The notes beneath the pieces are model-generated. The model made no database searches. It was not told the origin of the DNA and saw nothing but the letters and a program-made list of their open reading frames with translations. Shown here piece by piece: positions 1 to 10,095 of a stretch of DNA of 64,000 bases. The stretch is from positions 37,700 to 101,699 of the forward strand of contig JAQUUC010000005.1 in NCBI GenBank assembly GCA_028694105.1, given 5' to 3'. Position 1 is the stretch's first letter. Each line of letters opens with the position of its first letter. The position numbers and the translations under genes are program-made. This DNA is from Hespellia sp. (lineage in GTDB: Bacteria; Bacillota; Clostridia; Lachnospirales; Lachnospiraceae).

Positions 1-391
1 CCAGCTGATCGGCAGCATCCTGCTGAACAATCTATATGAGAAATCAGTGAACAATACGATTGCATCCGAGCGGTTAAATGCGATCAAAAATGTACTGACC
101 TACATTTCCGAGAATTACAGCCGTAATATCAGTCTGGAATGTCTGGCTAAGATTGCCGGCATGAATCCGAAATATTTCTGCCGTTATTTTCGAAGCATCA
201 CGGAGCGGACACCGATTGATTATCTGAATTATTACCGGATTGAATCTGCCTGTGAAATGCTCACCACGAAGGATGTCACGATCAAGGAGGTTGCAATCTC
301 CTGCGGATTCAACGATGAGAGCTATTTCATCAAAACGTTTAACAAATATAAAGGCTTAACGCCAAAACGCTACATGGAAGCTGTATTTTAA
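1..391 (+). CDS. AraC-family transcriptional regulator (5'-truncated by window edge)
   Basis: Frame is open from position 2 through the GTG at 47. C-terminal double HTH (LAKIAGMNPKYFCRYF...VAISCGFNDESYFIKTFNKYKGLTP). Confidence 0.9.
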   Translation, partial: QLIGSILLNNLYEKSVNNTIASERLNAIKNVLTYISENYSRNISLECLAKIAGMNPKYFCRYFRSITERTPIDYLNYYRIESACEMLTTKDVTIKEVAISCGFNDESYFIKTFNKYKGLTPKRYMEAVF

Positions 392-427
392 AGCTGACAC
401 AATACTTTATTGGAGGACTAAATTATT

Positions 428-964
428 ATGAGACACAAGAAACTATTATCAATTGCACTTACTGTATTAGCGATCTCTTCTCTCGCGCTCACCGGCTGCA
501 GGAAGGAAGCTGCCGAACTGAAACTGGATGCCCCTTTCACCAAAGCTTCCTGGGACAGTACAAAGGAAGATATCATTGCCGAAGAAGGCGATGATTATGA
601 GACCTACGATTCGGTATATAACGGTGAAACCTACACCTATGATAAAAAGTACGAGAACAAAGACGGTACTGTCAAATATATGTTTGATGACAAGGACAAA
701 CTGATGTGTGTTGCCTGGGCTTACGGCTCCACAGATACTCAGGAATTAGAAGATTTATACACAAAGATCAATGATGATATGACAGATGAACACGGTGACA
801 GTGGCTACTCGACAGAAGAAGAAAAAAACAGTATCAACAATTATGGAAATATCTGGTACCTCGATACCGGAGATATTATCATCAGCGCAATGGTGACAGA
901 AGAAAATAAGGCATTGCAGTTCGCCTTTTTGCATCCGGATGTGTCTTATTCCGAGGATGAATGA
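428..964 (+). CDS. Lipoprotein of unknown function, acidic
   Basis: GGAGGA RBS upstream. Signal peptide II with lipobox LTG-C. No recognised catalytic motif. Confidence 0.8.
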   Translation: MRHKKLLSIALTVLAISSLALTGCRKEAAELKLDAPFTKASWDSTKEDIIAEEGDDYETYDSVYNGETYTYDKKYENKDGTVKYMFDDKDKLMCVAWAYGSTDTQELEDLYTKINDDMTDEHGDSGYSTEEEKNSINNYGNIWYLDTGDIIISAMVTEENKALQFAFLHPDVSYSEDE

Positions 965-1018
965 TTTTCTCGTTTGTCTGGAGATTATGTGATCCCAGTG
1001 ATTAATAGATTAATAGCG

Positions 1019-1053
1019 AAACCCCCGCAGTATCACTGCGAGGGTTTTGTTTT
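1019..1053. terminator. Intrinsic terminator between convergent genes (probably bidirectional)
   Basis: aaacccccgcag-tatca-ctgcgagggttt (12-bp stem, 1 mismatch that is a G.U pair on the minus strand), followed by tgtttt. Confidence 0.75.
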
Positions 1054-1080
1054 ACTATGTATACAAGTAAAGTAACATGA

Positions 1081-4000
1081 CTATTGATTTTTCTTTTTCC
1101 GCATAAATAAGACTGCGCTTCCTGTGCAGGCGGTAATGACTAATACAATAATAGTTCCCAGAAAAGTAGAAGTATCGCCAGTGTTTACTACATCAGATTT
1201 ATGATCTGGTTTTGATGTTGAAGGCTCCTCTTTGTCTGAGCTGGAACCTGTTACAATGACAGTACATTCTGCTGTAAACCCACCATCCAAAGTCTTGGCA
1301 GTTATAACAGTGCTGCCTGCTGCTACGGCATTTACAGCTCCGTTCTTATCAACAGTTGCCACAGAGCTATCTTTGGAAGACCAGATAACATTTTTATCAG
1401 TCGCATCAGAAGGTGTAATAAATGCGGTCAGTGTATCAGTGCCTCCAATCGGCAGGGTAAGTGTATCCTTATCAAGCGTGATGCTGCTGACCGGAACAGG
1501 GGTCTGATCCGATTCATTTACTGTTACAGTACATTCCGCAGTATAGCTGCCATCTACTGTTGTGGCAGTAATCTTGGTAGTTCCTGCTTTCTTGGCAGTG
1601 ATTTTACCATTGTCTGCTTCTGCAACAGTGGAATCTTCAGAACGCCATACAAGGTCTTTATTCGTGGCGTCCTCAGGGCTGATTGTTGCAGTCAGCTCTT
1701 TTGTGTCGCCGATATTCATCGTAAGCTCACTCTCACTTAAAGTCACACCGGTTACCGGAATTGAAGAATCTTTAAAGCGTAACTTTAACGTTGGTGAAGT
1801 AGCCTCTCCAGATTCAGCACTTCCAAATTTAAACTCCTTATTTACCGTAGAGACATTCAGTCCAAAGTTCATAGAAGTATTATCTTCTCTCGTCTGCAAA
1901 AAGCTGTTTACAAGTTTTGTCACATCAATCGTTACAGTTCTTCCGGTTTCTTTTCCGGTAAACCCTTCCGATACAGCAATCGTATTTTCGATATCCTCGG
2001 TGTCATACAGAAGTGCCGGCATACTCTGCCATGTGACTGTCTCAGCATCCCATCCGGATTCAGCCAGTGCTGCCTCAAGATGCGTCTCGGAAGCAGAGTC
2101 ATTATTGCCCTGATAGGTGAGTGTTAAACTTGCGTTTTCTAATTCCTGAGTTAGATCCAGACTGGACATATCGTAATTTAAGTACGCAATTCCGTTATTG
2201 TACCATTCATCAGGACGGCTGCCGTTCTCTGTCGCCCATTCGCCAAAATGCCCGGCTCTTCCGGCCCATAACTTATCAAAGTTACTGTCTTTCTTCATAC
2301 TAAGTATATCAGAGGTACTGTAGTTCTCAGTCCATGAATCGTCGGGAGACTGTACATAGGTATCAGCTGATGGCAGCAGCATAGTCTCAGCAGGATCTGT
2401 CACAGCAGGATCTGTTACAGTTACTGTACATTTAGCTGTGTATCCGCCATCTTGTGATGTTGCAGTAATGACGGCCATGCCGGAGGATTTACCGGTTACG
2501 ATTCCGCTTTCATCAACCTCTGCAACAGTGGCATTGCTGGAAGTCCATGATATATTTTTATTGTCGGCATTGTCTGGAGTTATGGATGCCGTCAGCTTCT
2601 GGCTCGTCTCAACATCAACGGTAAGCTCATTTTCATCCAGAGTGATTCCAGTTACAGGAACTCCATTCTCTTTTGTGTTCAGTATAAGACGGGGCGCATA
2701 CTGTTCACCTGCCTCCTTGCTGCCAATTATGACACGGTTTCCAGTAGCTGCTTCATTCAGAGCAAAGCTAATGGTAGTTGCATCGGGATTATCTCTGACA
2801 AAATTCCGGACCAGTTTTGTGATATCAATATCAACTACCCGGTTCATATCCGAAGTATGGAAAATTTCGGAATAGGCAATCGTATTGGAAGGGTCCGCCG
2901 GGTTATAGTTCACAGCTGGCTGATTACGCCATGTAAGTGTTCCAGCATCTGCTTGATTTCCATTCGCACCTTCACCGTTTTCCTTTCCATTCCCTTCTTC
3001 CCAGTTGTCTTCTGAAAGACTGACCTGAATCTGTTCTCTTTCCGCACTGCCAGCGGCAAGGTCTTCATAAACAACGGAAAGGTATGCACTGTCAACCGTC
3101 TGGTTTTCACCCAGTAAATCAGCAATGTCATATTTTACAAACCCGATTTTACAGTCATAACCATTTTCCGGACGTTCTCCCTCTCCGAAAAGACCTGTGC
3201 TGGCGTGTATGCTTCTTTGCAGCTGAATATGCTTCTCAGAACCATAGTTTTTATCGACTTCCGTGTTCCATGACTGAATCGTGGAATCAGCAGCAGGGAG
3301 TATGCCGGCTCTATTTTCGATTGGGTCAGAGGCTGCATCAAGCTGCTGCAGCTTATCGGCTGAAAATGGTACAACCGTGATTTTGCTGCCGTGTTTGTCG
3401 TTTCCAAAATCCTCTTCCTTTTGCACATCAATGACAGCAAAGGTCATGGCTTTGATGCTGCCGTCCTCGACATAGATGTTCGGACGTTCAAGCTTTGTCC
3501 AGTCATTTACGACACCATTCTCATATCTTAAGAAACCAGCTCCCGGTGTATATGCAATACCCGAATGACGTCTCCATGTTACACCGTCCTCAGAGGTCAG
3601 ATAGTATGCCATACGTGTATCCCACTTGTTTACCACAATATGGTAGAGTCCATCCGAATACCAGATAACCGGATCTTCAATACAAGAAGATGACATTCCG
3701 GGTGTGTTCCACCAGAGTTTGGTGGATTGTACACTCCATTCTCCATCGATAGAATCCGCCCGTGCTATATCTCCATTTCTGTTTGTTGCAATATATTTTC
3801 CATCAGGACCTATCGCGATACTAATATTGGAAAGAGAAAATCGGCTGGTATCAACATTTAACTTTCCATTTTTGCCATTATCGATCAATTCCCATGGACC
3901 GTCAAGACTTTTTGATATATGGAGCGTTCCATTTGCTGTGTCACCATGCATTCCTGTATCGCTGATGGAAATTGCATATCTATAGCCCTTAGCGTATAAA

Positions 4001-4518
4001 GAATCACTTTCACTGATAGCAAAAGGAAAGACATTGTGACCGGCACCTTCACACCACTCGGGCCATAAAGGACCTTTATCCTCGTAAGGACCATATAAAT
4101 TATTGCTGACAGAGTAGATGGCCTGGGAACCCTGCCATCCGGAAATACCATCCTGTCCCCAATGACCGCCTGCCTGATTCCAACGGCTCGCAAACATATA
4201 ATATTTATATTCACCGTTCGGATCAGGATTCTTAATAATAGCTCCATCCCAATAGCAGTAATCTGACAGATCACTATCCTCCAGACCGTTACCCTGATCG
4301 CGTGCTCCGATTACGTCAGCTCCCCAGCAGTCTTCCGAAAGTTCATTGATAATTGGCATAGGCTCAAAACAATCCATAAATTGTTTTACTTCACTCTCTT
4401 CGTTTGTTGTACTAACCGGGGGCTCTGCTGCTGAAAGATTCATCGGCGGTAAAACTGCTGAAAAAAGCAAAGCACCAGTAAGCATACCTACAGCAGCTTT
4501 TTGAAGTATCGTTTTCAT
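1081..4518 (-). CDS. Secreted, wall-anchored glycoside hydrolase-like protein: GH43/62/32/68/117/130-like propeller + 2 DNRLRE-like domains + 3 Big_2 domains
   Basis: Signal peptide. WDG...IEDP...LERP acidic motifs of five-bladed propeller glycosidases. Two PAAD(S/T)...NY...F/L..YD repeats. Three PV(T/S)(G/S)(I/V)TL...YTA(K/E)CTV(T/I)V Ig repeats. C-terminal VNTGD + hydrophobic helix + KKKNQ sorting-type signal. Confidence 0.8.
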   Translation of the reverse strand: MKTILQKAAVGMLTGALLFSAVLPPMNLSAAEPPVSTTNEESEVKQFMDCFEPMPIINELSEDCWGADVIGARDQGNGLEDSDLSDYCYWDGAIIKNPDPNGEYKYYMFASRWNQAGGHWGQDGISGWQGSQAIYSVSNNLYGPYEDKGPLWPEWCEGAGHNVFPFAISESDSLYAKGYRYAISISDTGMHGDTANGTLHISKSLDGPWELIDNGKNGKLNVDTSRFSLSNISIAIGPDGKYIATNRNGDIARADSIDGEWSVQSTKLWWNTPGMSSSCIEDPVIWYSDGLYHIVVNKWDTRMAYYLTSEDGVTWRRHSGIAYTPGAGFLRYENGVVNDWTKLERPNIYVEDGSIKAMTFAVIDVQKEEDFGNDKHGSKITVVPFSADKLQQLDAASDPIENRAGILPAADSTIQSWNTEVDKNYGSEKHIQLQRSIHASTGLFGEGERPENGYDCKIGFVKYDIADLLGENQTVDSAYLSVVYEDLAAGSAEREQIQVSLSEDNWEEGNGKENGEGANGNQADAGTLTWRNQPAVNYNPADPSNTIAYSEIFHTSDMNRVVDIDITKLVRNFVRDNPDATTISFALNEAATGNRVIIGSKEAGEQYAPRLILNTKENGVPVTGITLDENELTVDVETSQKLTASITPDNADNKNISWTSSNATVAEVDESGIVTGKSSGMAVITATSQDGGYTAKCTVTVTDPAVTDPAETMLLPSADTYVQSPDDSWTENYSTSDILSMKKDSNFDKLWAGRAGHFGEWATENGSRPDEWYNNGIAYLNYDMSSLDLTQELENASLTLTYQGNNDSASETHLEAALAESGWDAETVTWQSMPALLYDTEDIENTIAVSEGFTGKETGRTVTIDVTKLVNSFLQTREDNTSMNFGLNVSTVNKEFKFGSAESGEATSPTLKLRFKDSSIPVTGVTLSESELTMNIGDTKELTATISPEDATNKDLVWRSEDSTVAEADNGKITAKKAGTTKITATTVDGSYTAECTVTVNESDQTPVPVSSITLDKDTLTLPIGGTDTLTAFITPSDATDKNVIWSSKDSSVATVDKNGAVNAVAAGSTVITAKTLDGGFTAECTVIVTGSSSDKEEPSTSKPDHKSDVVNTGDTSTFLGTIIVLVITACTGSAVLFMRKKKNQ

Positions 4519-4538
4519 TTTCAGTCTCCTTTTTTAAT

Positions 4539-5543
4539 TTATTTAACAATCTCTCCATCTTCATCCCAAAGGTCATGCCAGTCATCAGCACCTTCCCATA
4601 AGAATACCTGACCTTTTACAAGGCGGTTATTTTTCTCTAACGTTGCAATTGATGCCATTTCTTCTTCTGTTAAAGGATCTTCTGTCACACATTTCAGGTT
4701 GCTTACATACTCATTTTCATGAATTGAGAATGGAATCGGAATCTGACCGCGCTGTTCTGCCCATTTGATTGCGATCACTGCCGGATGCACTCCGTGAGCT
4801 GCTGCAATTGCTTTGATCTCCGGTGTCTGAATATCAGCAACATCTCCCGGCATCATATCTCTTTCCGGTCTCTGTGGTGAGCCGATTGGCATGAATCCGA
4901 TTGGCTGAATATCGTGTGCTACCAGATAGTCAAATAATTCCTGCTGCTGGAAGCATGGATGTAATTCCATCTCACATACAGTTGGCTGAATCGTCAGTTC
5001 CGAGAGAACTGCTTCCAATTTAGGTATTGTCATGTTCGAAATACCAATATTCTTTACAAGACCTTCTTCTACTAACTTTTCAATCTGACGATAAGTACGA
5101 ACAAATTCTTCTACGCTGAATGGTCTTGAATCAGGATTACGTGAATCGGCATCACAATGTGGTGCATGGTAGTTCGGGAATGGCCAGTGAATAAAGAATG
5201 TGTCAATATAATCGCACTGTAAATCCATGATACTCTTCTTGCAGGATTCTTCTACACGTTCGTGCATATCATTCCAAACTTTTGTCATAATATGAAGTTC
5301 ACTGCGTTCAACAACGCCCTCTTCAAATGCTGCCTTAAATACCTCGCCGATCTGATCTTCATTTTCATAGCATGCTGCGCAGTCAAACAGACGGTATCCG
5401 CAGCGAATTGCTCCTGCTACCGCAGCAGACACCTGTTCTGCTGTGAATCTGTCTGAACCGAATGTTCCCATTCCGATTGCAGGCATTGTGTTTCCATTAC
5501 AAAGCTTTCTTTGTGGTACAATACTTGGACTAATCATTTCCAT
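4539..5543 (-). CDS. Aldo/keto reductase (aldose/aldose-phosphate reductase-like)
   Basis: Catalytic tetrad motifs FDCA..Y, TKVW, IHWP, plus IGISN and E.HP. Confidence 0.9.
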   Translation of the reverse strand: MEMISPSIVPQRKLCNGNTMPAIGMGTFGSDRFTAEQVSAAVAGAIRCGYRLFDCAACYENEDQIGEVFKAAFEEGVVERSELHIMTKVWNDMHERVEESCKKSIMDLQCDYIDTFFIHWPFPNYHAPHCDADSRNPDSRPFSVEEFVRTYRQIEKLVEEGLVKNIGISNMTIPKLEAVLSELTIQPTVCEMELHPCFQQQELFDYLVAHDIQPIGFMPIGSPQRPERDMMPGDVADIQTPEIKAIAAAHGVHPAVIAIKWAEQRGQIPIPFSIHENEYVSNLKCVTEDPLTEEEMASIATLEKNNRLVKGQVFLWEGADDWHDLWDEDGEIVK

Positions 5544-5566
5544 TTTTCTTCCTCCTTAAAATTGTT

Positions 5567-6499
5567 TTATTGAATTTTTTTAATCCCAATGTTGCCAAAC
5601 AGGTTCTCCATGTCCTCTATTACAAAGAATCCCGTTTCTTCCCGCATTGCAGCTGCCGCCGATATTGCACTTGCTTTGCGAAGTGTTTCTTCTATAGATA
5701 AGCCCTCTTCAAATCCAAGGGCAAATCCTGCAATCATAGAATCACCGCAGCCCACGGTATTGACTGCATTGATTTTTGGAACAACTGCCTGATAGACTCC
5801 AGATTCACAGACCAGCATCGAGCCGTCCGCACCGAGTGAGATTACCACCACATCCACGCCTTTTGCATGAATCTCTTTTGCGGCCTCAATCAGTTCTTCC
5901 TTCGAATCGCACCGGCTTCCCGTCAGCATACGGATTTCATCGATATTTGGTTTTATCATTGTCGGTTTTGCCTCTATACCCATGCGAAGCAATTCACCGC
6001 TTGTATCAAGAATCACTTTTTTTCCCGCTTCTTTTACAGTCGAAATCAGCTTCTGATATGCAGTTGCATCTAAGCCCTTCGGAACACTCCCTGACATCGT
6101 TACAACCTCTGCATCTTTCACAAGGCCTTTGAAATGTTCCTGAAATGCCTCAAACTCATCCGGTGATACTGTAAATCCGGGTTCCAGAAATTCAGTCTGC
6201 ACCTTCTTTTCTTCATCCCAGATATTGATACAGCTTCTGCTCTCCGCCTCCAGACGGTAAAACTTGGCTGTGATTCCAAACGGTTTCAGGGAATCTACGA
6301 TATAATCTCCTGCGTGTCCGCCGACAAATCCGGTGGCAACTACATTCGCACCCGCGATGGATGCCGGTTTTGATACATTCAACCCTTTTCCACCCGGTGT
6401 ATAGGTACATTCAAGAACACGATTCACCTCACCCTCCTGCGCACCGGAAACTACATATCGTTTGTCGATAGCTGCATTTAATGTGACTGTTAAAATCAT
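5567..6499 (-). CDS. PfkB-family hexose-phosphate kinase (1-phosphofructokinase/LacC tagatose-6-P kinase type)
   Basis: TLNAAID, PGGKGLNVS, IKPNIDE and NTVGCGDS motifs. Confidence 0.9.
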   Translation of the reverse strand: MILTVTLNAAIDKRYVVSGAQEGEVNRVLECTYTPGGKGLNVSKPASIAGANVVATGFVGGHAGDYIVDSLKPFGITAKFYRLEAESRSCINIWDEEKKVQTEFLEPGFTVSPDEFEAFQEHFKGLVKDAEVVTMSGSVPKGLDATAYQKLISTVKEAGKKVILDTSGELLRMGIEAKPTMIKPNIDEIRMLTGSRCDSKEELIEAAKEIHAKGVDVVVISLGADGSMLVCESGVYQAVVPKINAVNTVGCGDSMIAGFALGFEEGLSIEETLRKASAISAAAAMREETGFFVIEDMENLFGNIGIKKIQ

Positions 6500-6511
6500 T
6501 TTTCTCTCCTC

Positions 6512-7561
6512 CTATGCCTGACTGTCAATCAGAATTTTACCTTTCACGGTTCCCGGTGTTTTATACAGTTCAAATGCACTCGCAATCTCGCTGAGCGGAA
6601 CTTTCTTGAAGATAAAGGAATCATCGAATTTTAAATCTCCTGTCTTGAAGTAATGTGCTGCAAGTTCCCATTCTGCGCCAGGGAATGGTGCACTGTATGA
6701 CATCCATGACCCGGTCAGCGTAAATTCTTTGCGGTTCATGTTCTCCCATTCCTTCACCGTAAAGGAAATCTCTTTCGTAGGTGTTCCGACAAAGCATACC
6801 TGTGCTTTGTTGGCAGCCAGCTCAAATGCCATCTTCATGGTAATCGTATTTCCCGCTGTCTCGTATACATAGTCAAAGCCTTTTCCATCTGTCATCTTCA
6901 TAGCTTTTTCCATGAAATTATTTTCCAGTGTATTAATTCCTTCTGTTGCACCAAGACGTTTTCCAAGCGCCAGTCTCTCGTCAGCTATATCGAATACAGC
7001 CACCTTCTTTGCTCCGAAAATTTTTGCCCACTGCATAACGAACATACCAATTGTACCTCCGCCCAGAATGGCCACGGTCTTTCCGCCTTTATAATCGACT
7101 CTCTGAAGTCCATGAAGCGCTACGGTTGCAGGTTCAAAGAATGCCCCCTGCTCAAAGGATACTGTATCCTCAAATTTAACTGCATTTTTTTCAGGTACAA
7201 CGACATATTCCGCAAAGCTTCCATATTCTCTGGAGCCGATAAAACTATAATGCTTGCAGAGAGAATAATTTCCCTTCTGGCAGTCTTCACATTCCATACA
7301 CGGAACAAGCGGAACTCCGGCAACTCTGTCACCTGCCGCTACAGATGTTACTCCTTCCCCAACTTCCTCTACGACACCGGAAAATTCATGTCCCAATACA
7401 TTTGGGAAGAAATGACATGCATCGCCATTGACACGTGGAACATCAGAGCCACAAATGCCGGTATATTTTACTTTAATTAAAACCTGACCTTTTTTGGGTA
7501 CTGGTTTTTCAATTTCCTCATAACGCAGATCATTTTTTGCATGTACAACTCCTGCTTTCAT
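6512..7561 (-). CDS. gatD: Galactitol-1-phosphate 5-dehydrogenase-like Zn-dependent dehydrogenase
   Basis: CGSD, GHEFSG, C-x2-C-x2-C-x7-C Zn site, GGGTIG with an acidic NAD-type residue, and the GatD-like C-terminal GSWMSYSAPFPG.EW. Confidence 0.8.
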   Translation of the reverse strand: MKAGVVHAKNDLRYEEIEKPVPKKGQVLIKVKYTGICGSDVPRVNGDACHFFPNVLGHEFSGVVEEVGEGVTSVAAGDRVAGVPLVPCMECEDCQKGNYSLCKHYSFIGSREYGSFAEYVVVPEKNAVKFEDTVSFEQGAFFEPATVALHGLQRVDYKGGKTVAILGGGTIGMFVMQWAKIFGAKKVAVFDIADERLALGKRLGATEGINTLENNFMEKAMKMTDGKGFDYVYETAGNTITMKMAFELAANKAQVCFVGTPTKEISFTVKEWENMNRKEFTLTGSWMSYSAPFPGAEWELAAHYFKTGDLKFDDSFIFKKVPLSEIASAFELYKTPGTVKGKILIDSQA

Positions 7562-9084
7562 TCTTTACTGCCTCCGTTTTTCTTCATAATATCTTTTAGA
7601 TTTTGATAGATTGCGAGATATGTCTCGTAGTTTTTCTGATAGATTCTGTGGTTTTCCATGTTTGGTTCATGTCTTCTTGTAACCTTCACCGTCATCTTGA
7701 CAGCTTCTTCAAAGCTGTTATATAATCCGACCCCGACTCCCGCCAGAATCACAGCACCAAGTGTTGTCGCTGTGTCGGATGCCGGAACTGCAATTGGTTT
7801 TCCGGTGACATCTGATTTAATCTGTGTCCACAAATGTGAATTCGCTGATCCGCCCATCGCCCAGAGTTCATCGGCCTTCGCGCCGGTCTCCTGCGCAATA
7901 TCGAGATTGTGTTTCAATGCAAGTGCCACACCTTCCATTGATGCGCGCACCATATGTCCTTTTGTCTTGCTAAAGTCCAGTCCGTAATATACGCCTTTCG
8001 CGTTTGGATCCCAGATTGGCGATCTCTCACCGGACATATATGGCAGAAATACTACTCCGTCAGATCCCGCCGGAACCTGCTCTGCAATTTCATTCAGCTG
8101 ATTCAGTGAGGATTTGCCGCATACATCTGCTTTCATCCGCTCGCTCTCAGCAAATTCTCTTTCAAACCATCGCATCACTCCGCCGCCGCCTGTTGTTCCG
8201 CCCTGCAGGAGCCACTGTCCGGGCACAACATGTGGACTTAAAATCAGTCTTGGATCTGCGGCATATGTATCCATACTGATGCTCATACCACCGGCCTGTC
8301 CTCCCTGCTCCTGCGTCTGACCCGGTTTTACGACACCCGCGCCAAGCGTTCCGCAGGCCGCATCCAGTCCGCCGGCAACAACCGGTGTTCCGGCAGCCAG
8401 TCCGCATTCCTCCGATGCCTTTGCCGTGACGTTTCCCACGACCTGATGGCTTGGAACCAGCTCTGGCAGAAAGCTTCTCGGAATTTCAAGTGCTTCACAC
8501 ATCTCGTCATTCCACTCCTGCTTTCTCATGTCAAAACAGTGGATTCCGTAGCCCTGTGACAAATCGTGTGTAATTTCTCCAGTCAGACGAAAGGCAATAA
8601 ATGCATTCGACTGCAGAATCTTGTATATGTTGCAGTAAACCTCCGGCATCTGCTCATGATACCAGACGATTTTTGCGGTTGTGTAAGATGGCTGCAATGA
8701 ATTTCCAGACAACTCGAAAATCCGGTCTGCACCGATTTTTTGATTTAAACGGTCACAGATACTCTGTGCTCTGGTATCCATCCAAATCGGTGTATTCGCC
8801 AGAACATTTCCATCCTTGTCGATCGGGATCGCCGACCAGCTCTGTCCGTCAATACCGACGCCTGCGATGTCCTCCGGTTTGATCTGGTAAGCCGAAAGCA
8901 TCTGTTTGATTGCTTTGCATACCGCACTCCACCATTCATCCGGATTCTGTTCTGCCCATCCTTCCTTCGGATAGTAAACCTGATAATCGCCGGTCGTTGA
9001 TGCAACGACCGTTCCGTCCTTCTCAAATAATGCAATTTTACAAGCACTCGTTCCAATATCAATTCCCAATAAATATTTTTTCAT
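7558..9084 (-). CDS. FGGY-family carbohydrate kinase (xylulokinase-like, substrate uncertain)
   Basis: GIDIGTSACK, WMDTRA, AGGLDAACG, PYMSGER, GGSANSHLW. Start set at ATG 9084 (AAGGAG RBS); the ORF track start at 9111 is also possible. Confidence 0.88.
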   Translation of the reverse strand: MKKYLLGIDIGTSACKIALFEKDGTVVASTTGDYQVYYPKEGWAEQNPDEWWSAVCKAIKQMLSAYQIKPEDIAGVGIDGQSWSAIPIDKDGNVLANTPIWMDTRAQSICDRLNQKIGADRIFELSGNSLQPSYTTAKIVWYHEQMPEVYCNIYKILQSNAFIAFRLTGEITHDLSQGYGIHCFDMRKQEWNDEMCEALEIPRSFLPELVPSHQVVGNVTAKASEECGLAAGTPVVAGGLDAACGTLGAGVVKPGQTQEQGGQAGGMSISMDTYAADPRLILSPHVVPGQWLLQGGTTGGGGVMRWFEREFAESERMKADVCGKSSLNQLNEIAEQVPAGSDGVVFLPYMSGERSPIWDPNAKGVYYGLDFSKTKGHMVRASMEGVALALKHNLDIAQETGAKADELWAMGGSANSHLWTQIKSDVTGKPIAVPASDTATTLGAVILAGVGVGLYNSFEEAVKMTVKVTRRHEPNMENHRIYQKNYETYLAIYQNLKDIMKKNGGSKE

Positions 9085-9107
9085 AAGCGCTCCTTTTATG
9101 TACTCCA

Positions 9108-9962
9108 TCATTCGTTTACTTTTCCATCACATCCGCAGACTCTCATGCGATTCTTCACAAGCTCTGTCACAGCAGCCATTCCAACTTTGCCAAATGCTTT
9201 TGGATCAAATGTCTCCGGTTTTTCTATGATCAGCTTCTTGATGGCATCTGTGTATGCAACCCGAAGCTCTGTTGCGAAATTCACTTTGCAGATTCCTCTT
9301 CTCACGCAGTCGCTTACCTCTTCGTCTGAGATTCCGGATGCACCGTGAAGTACAAGCGGAATTGAAACCAGCTTTTTGATTTCATCCAGACGAGTCTTGT
9401 CAAGTACCGGTGTTCCTACATAAAAGCCGTGTGCCGTACCAATTGCAACTGCGAGTGAATCAATTCCTGTTCTCTCAACAAATTCAGCCGCTTCCTGTGG
9501 ATCTGTGTTGGTATCGGTCTCAACCTCTAACTCATCTTCTTTTCCCCCAACCTTGCCGAGCTCAGCCTCAACCGGAATATCGTGTTTTTTTGCTTCTTCC
9601 ACTACCTTTTTCGTAACTGCGATATTTCCTTCAAATTCCTCTTTTGAGCCATCAATCATAACCGAAGAGTATCCGTCCTCCAGACACTGCTTTGCAAGTT
9701 CGTAGCTGCTTCCGTGATCCAAGTGCAGACATACCGGTACTGTTGCTTTTTTCGCTTCCGCTGCAACAATTGCTGCAAAGGTCTCAACCGTTCCATATTG
9801 AATCGTAGAAGGTGTTGTCTGCAACATGACCGGTGCTTTCACTTCCTCTGCTGCTTTGATAACAGCTTTCACCATTTCCATGTTTTCTACATTGAATGCT
9901 CCTACTGCATAATTGCCCGCCTGAGCGTCTAATAACATTTTCTTTGATGTAACTAATGGCAT
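9108..9962 (-). CDS. Class II ketose-bisphosphate aldolase, tagatose-1,6-bisphosphate aldolase (GatY/KbaY)-like
   Basis: LHLDHG, EAELG, IGTAHG, LVLHGASG. KVNFATE resembles GatY/KbaY KVNVATE rather than FbaA KINVNTE. Confidence 0.88.
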   Translation of the reverse strand: MPLVTSKKMLLDAQAGNYAVGAFNVENMEMVKAVIKAAEEVKAPVMLQTTPSTIQYGTVETFAAIVAAEAKKATVPVCLHLDHGSSYELAKQCLEDGYSSVMIDGSKEEFEGNIAVTKKVVEEAKKHDIPVEAELGKVGGKEDELEVETDTNTDPQEAAEFVERTGIDSLAVAIGTAHGFYVGTPVLDKTRLDEIKKLVSIPLVLHGASGISDEEVSDCVRRGICKVNFATELRVAYTDAIKKLIIEKPETFDPKAFGKVGMAAVTELVKNRMRVCGCDGKVNE

Positions 9963-10095
9963 CTTAATTTCCTCCTTGTGGAATCCAAATTGATTTGTGC
10001 TTTAACTATATGCTGATTATATTCCCCTTTCGCCCATGATTTAATAGAGGAACTTGACAGTTTGAGCTTTATAATGTCGCATTTGCGCAAATTTG

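Noticed and set aside
10054-10075. Perfect TTGACA and TATAAT hexamers upstream of araC
   Set aside because: They are only 10 bp apart, which is incompatible with SigA. A correctly spaced promoter exists at 10096-10124.
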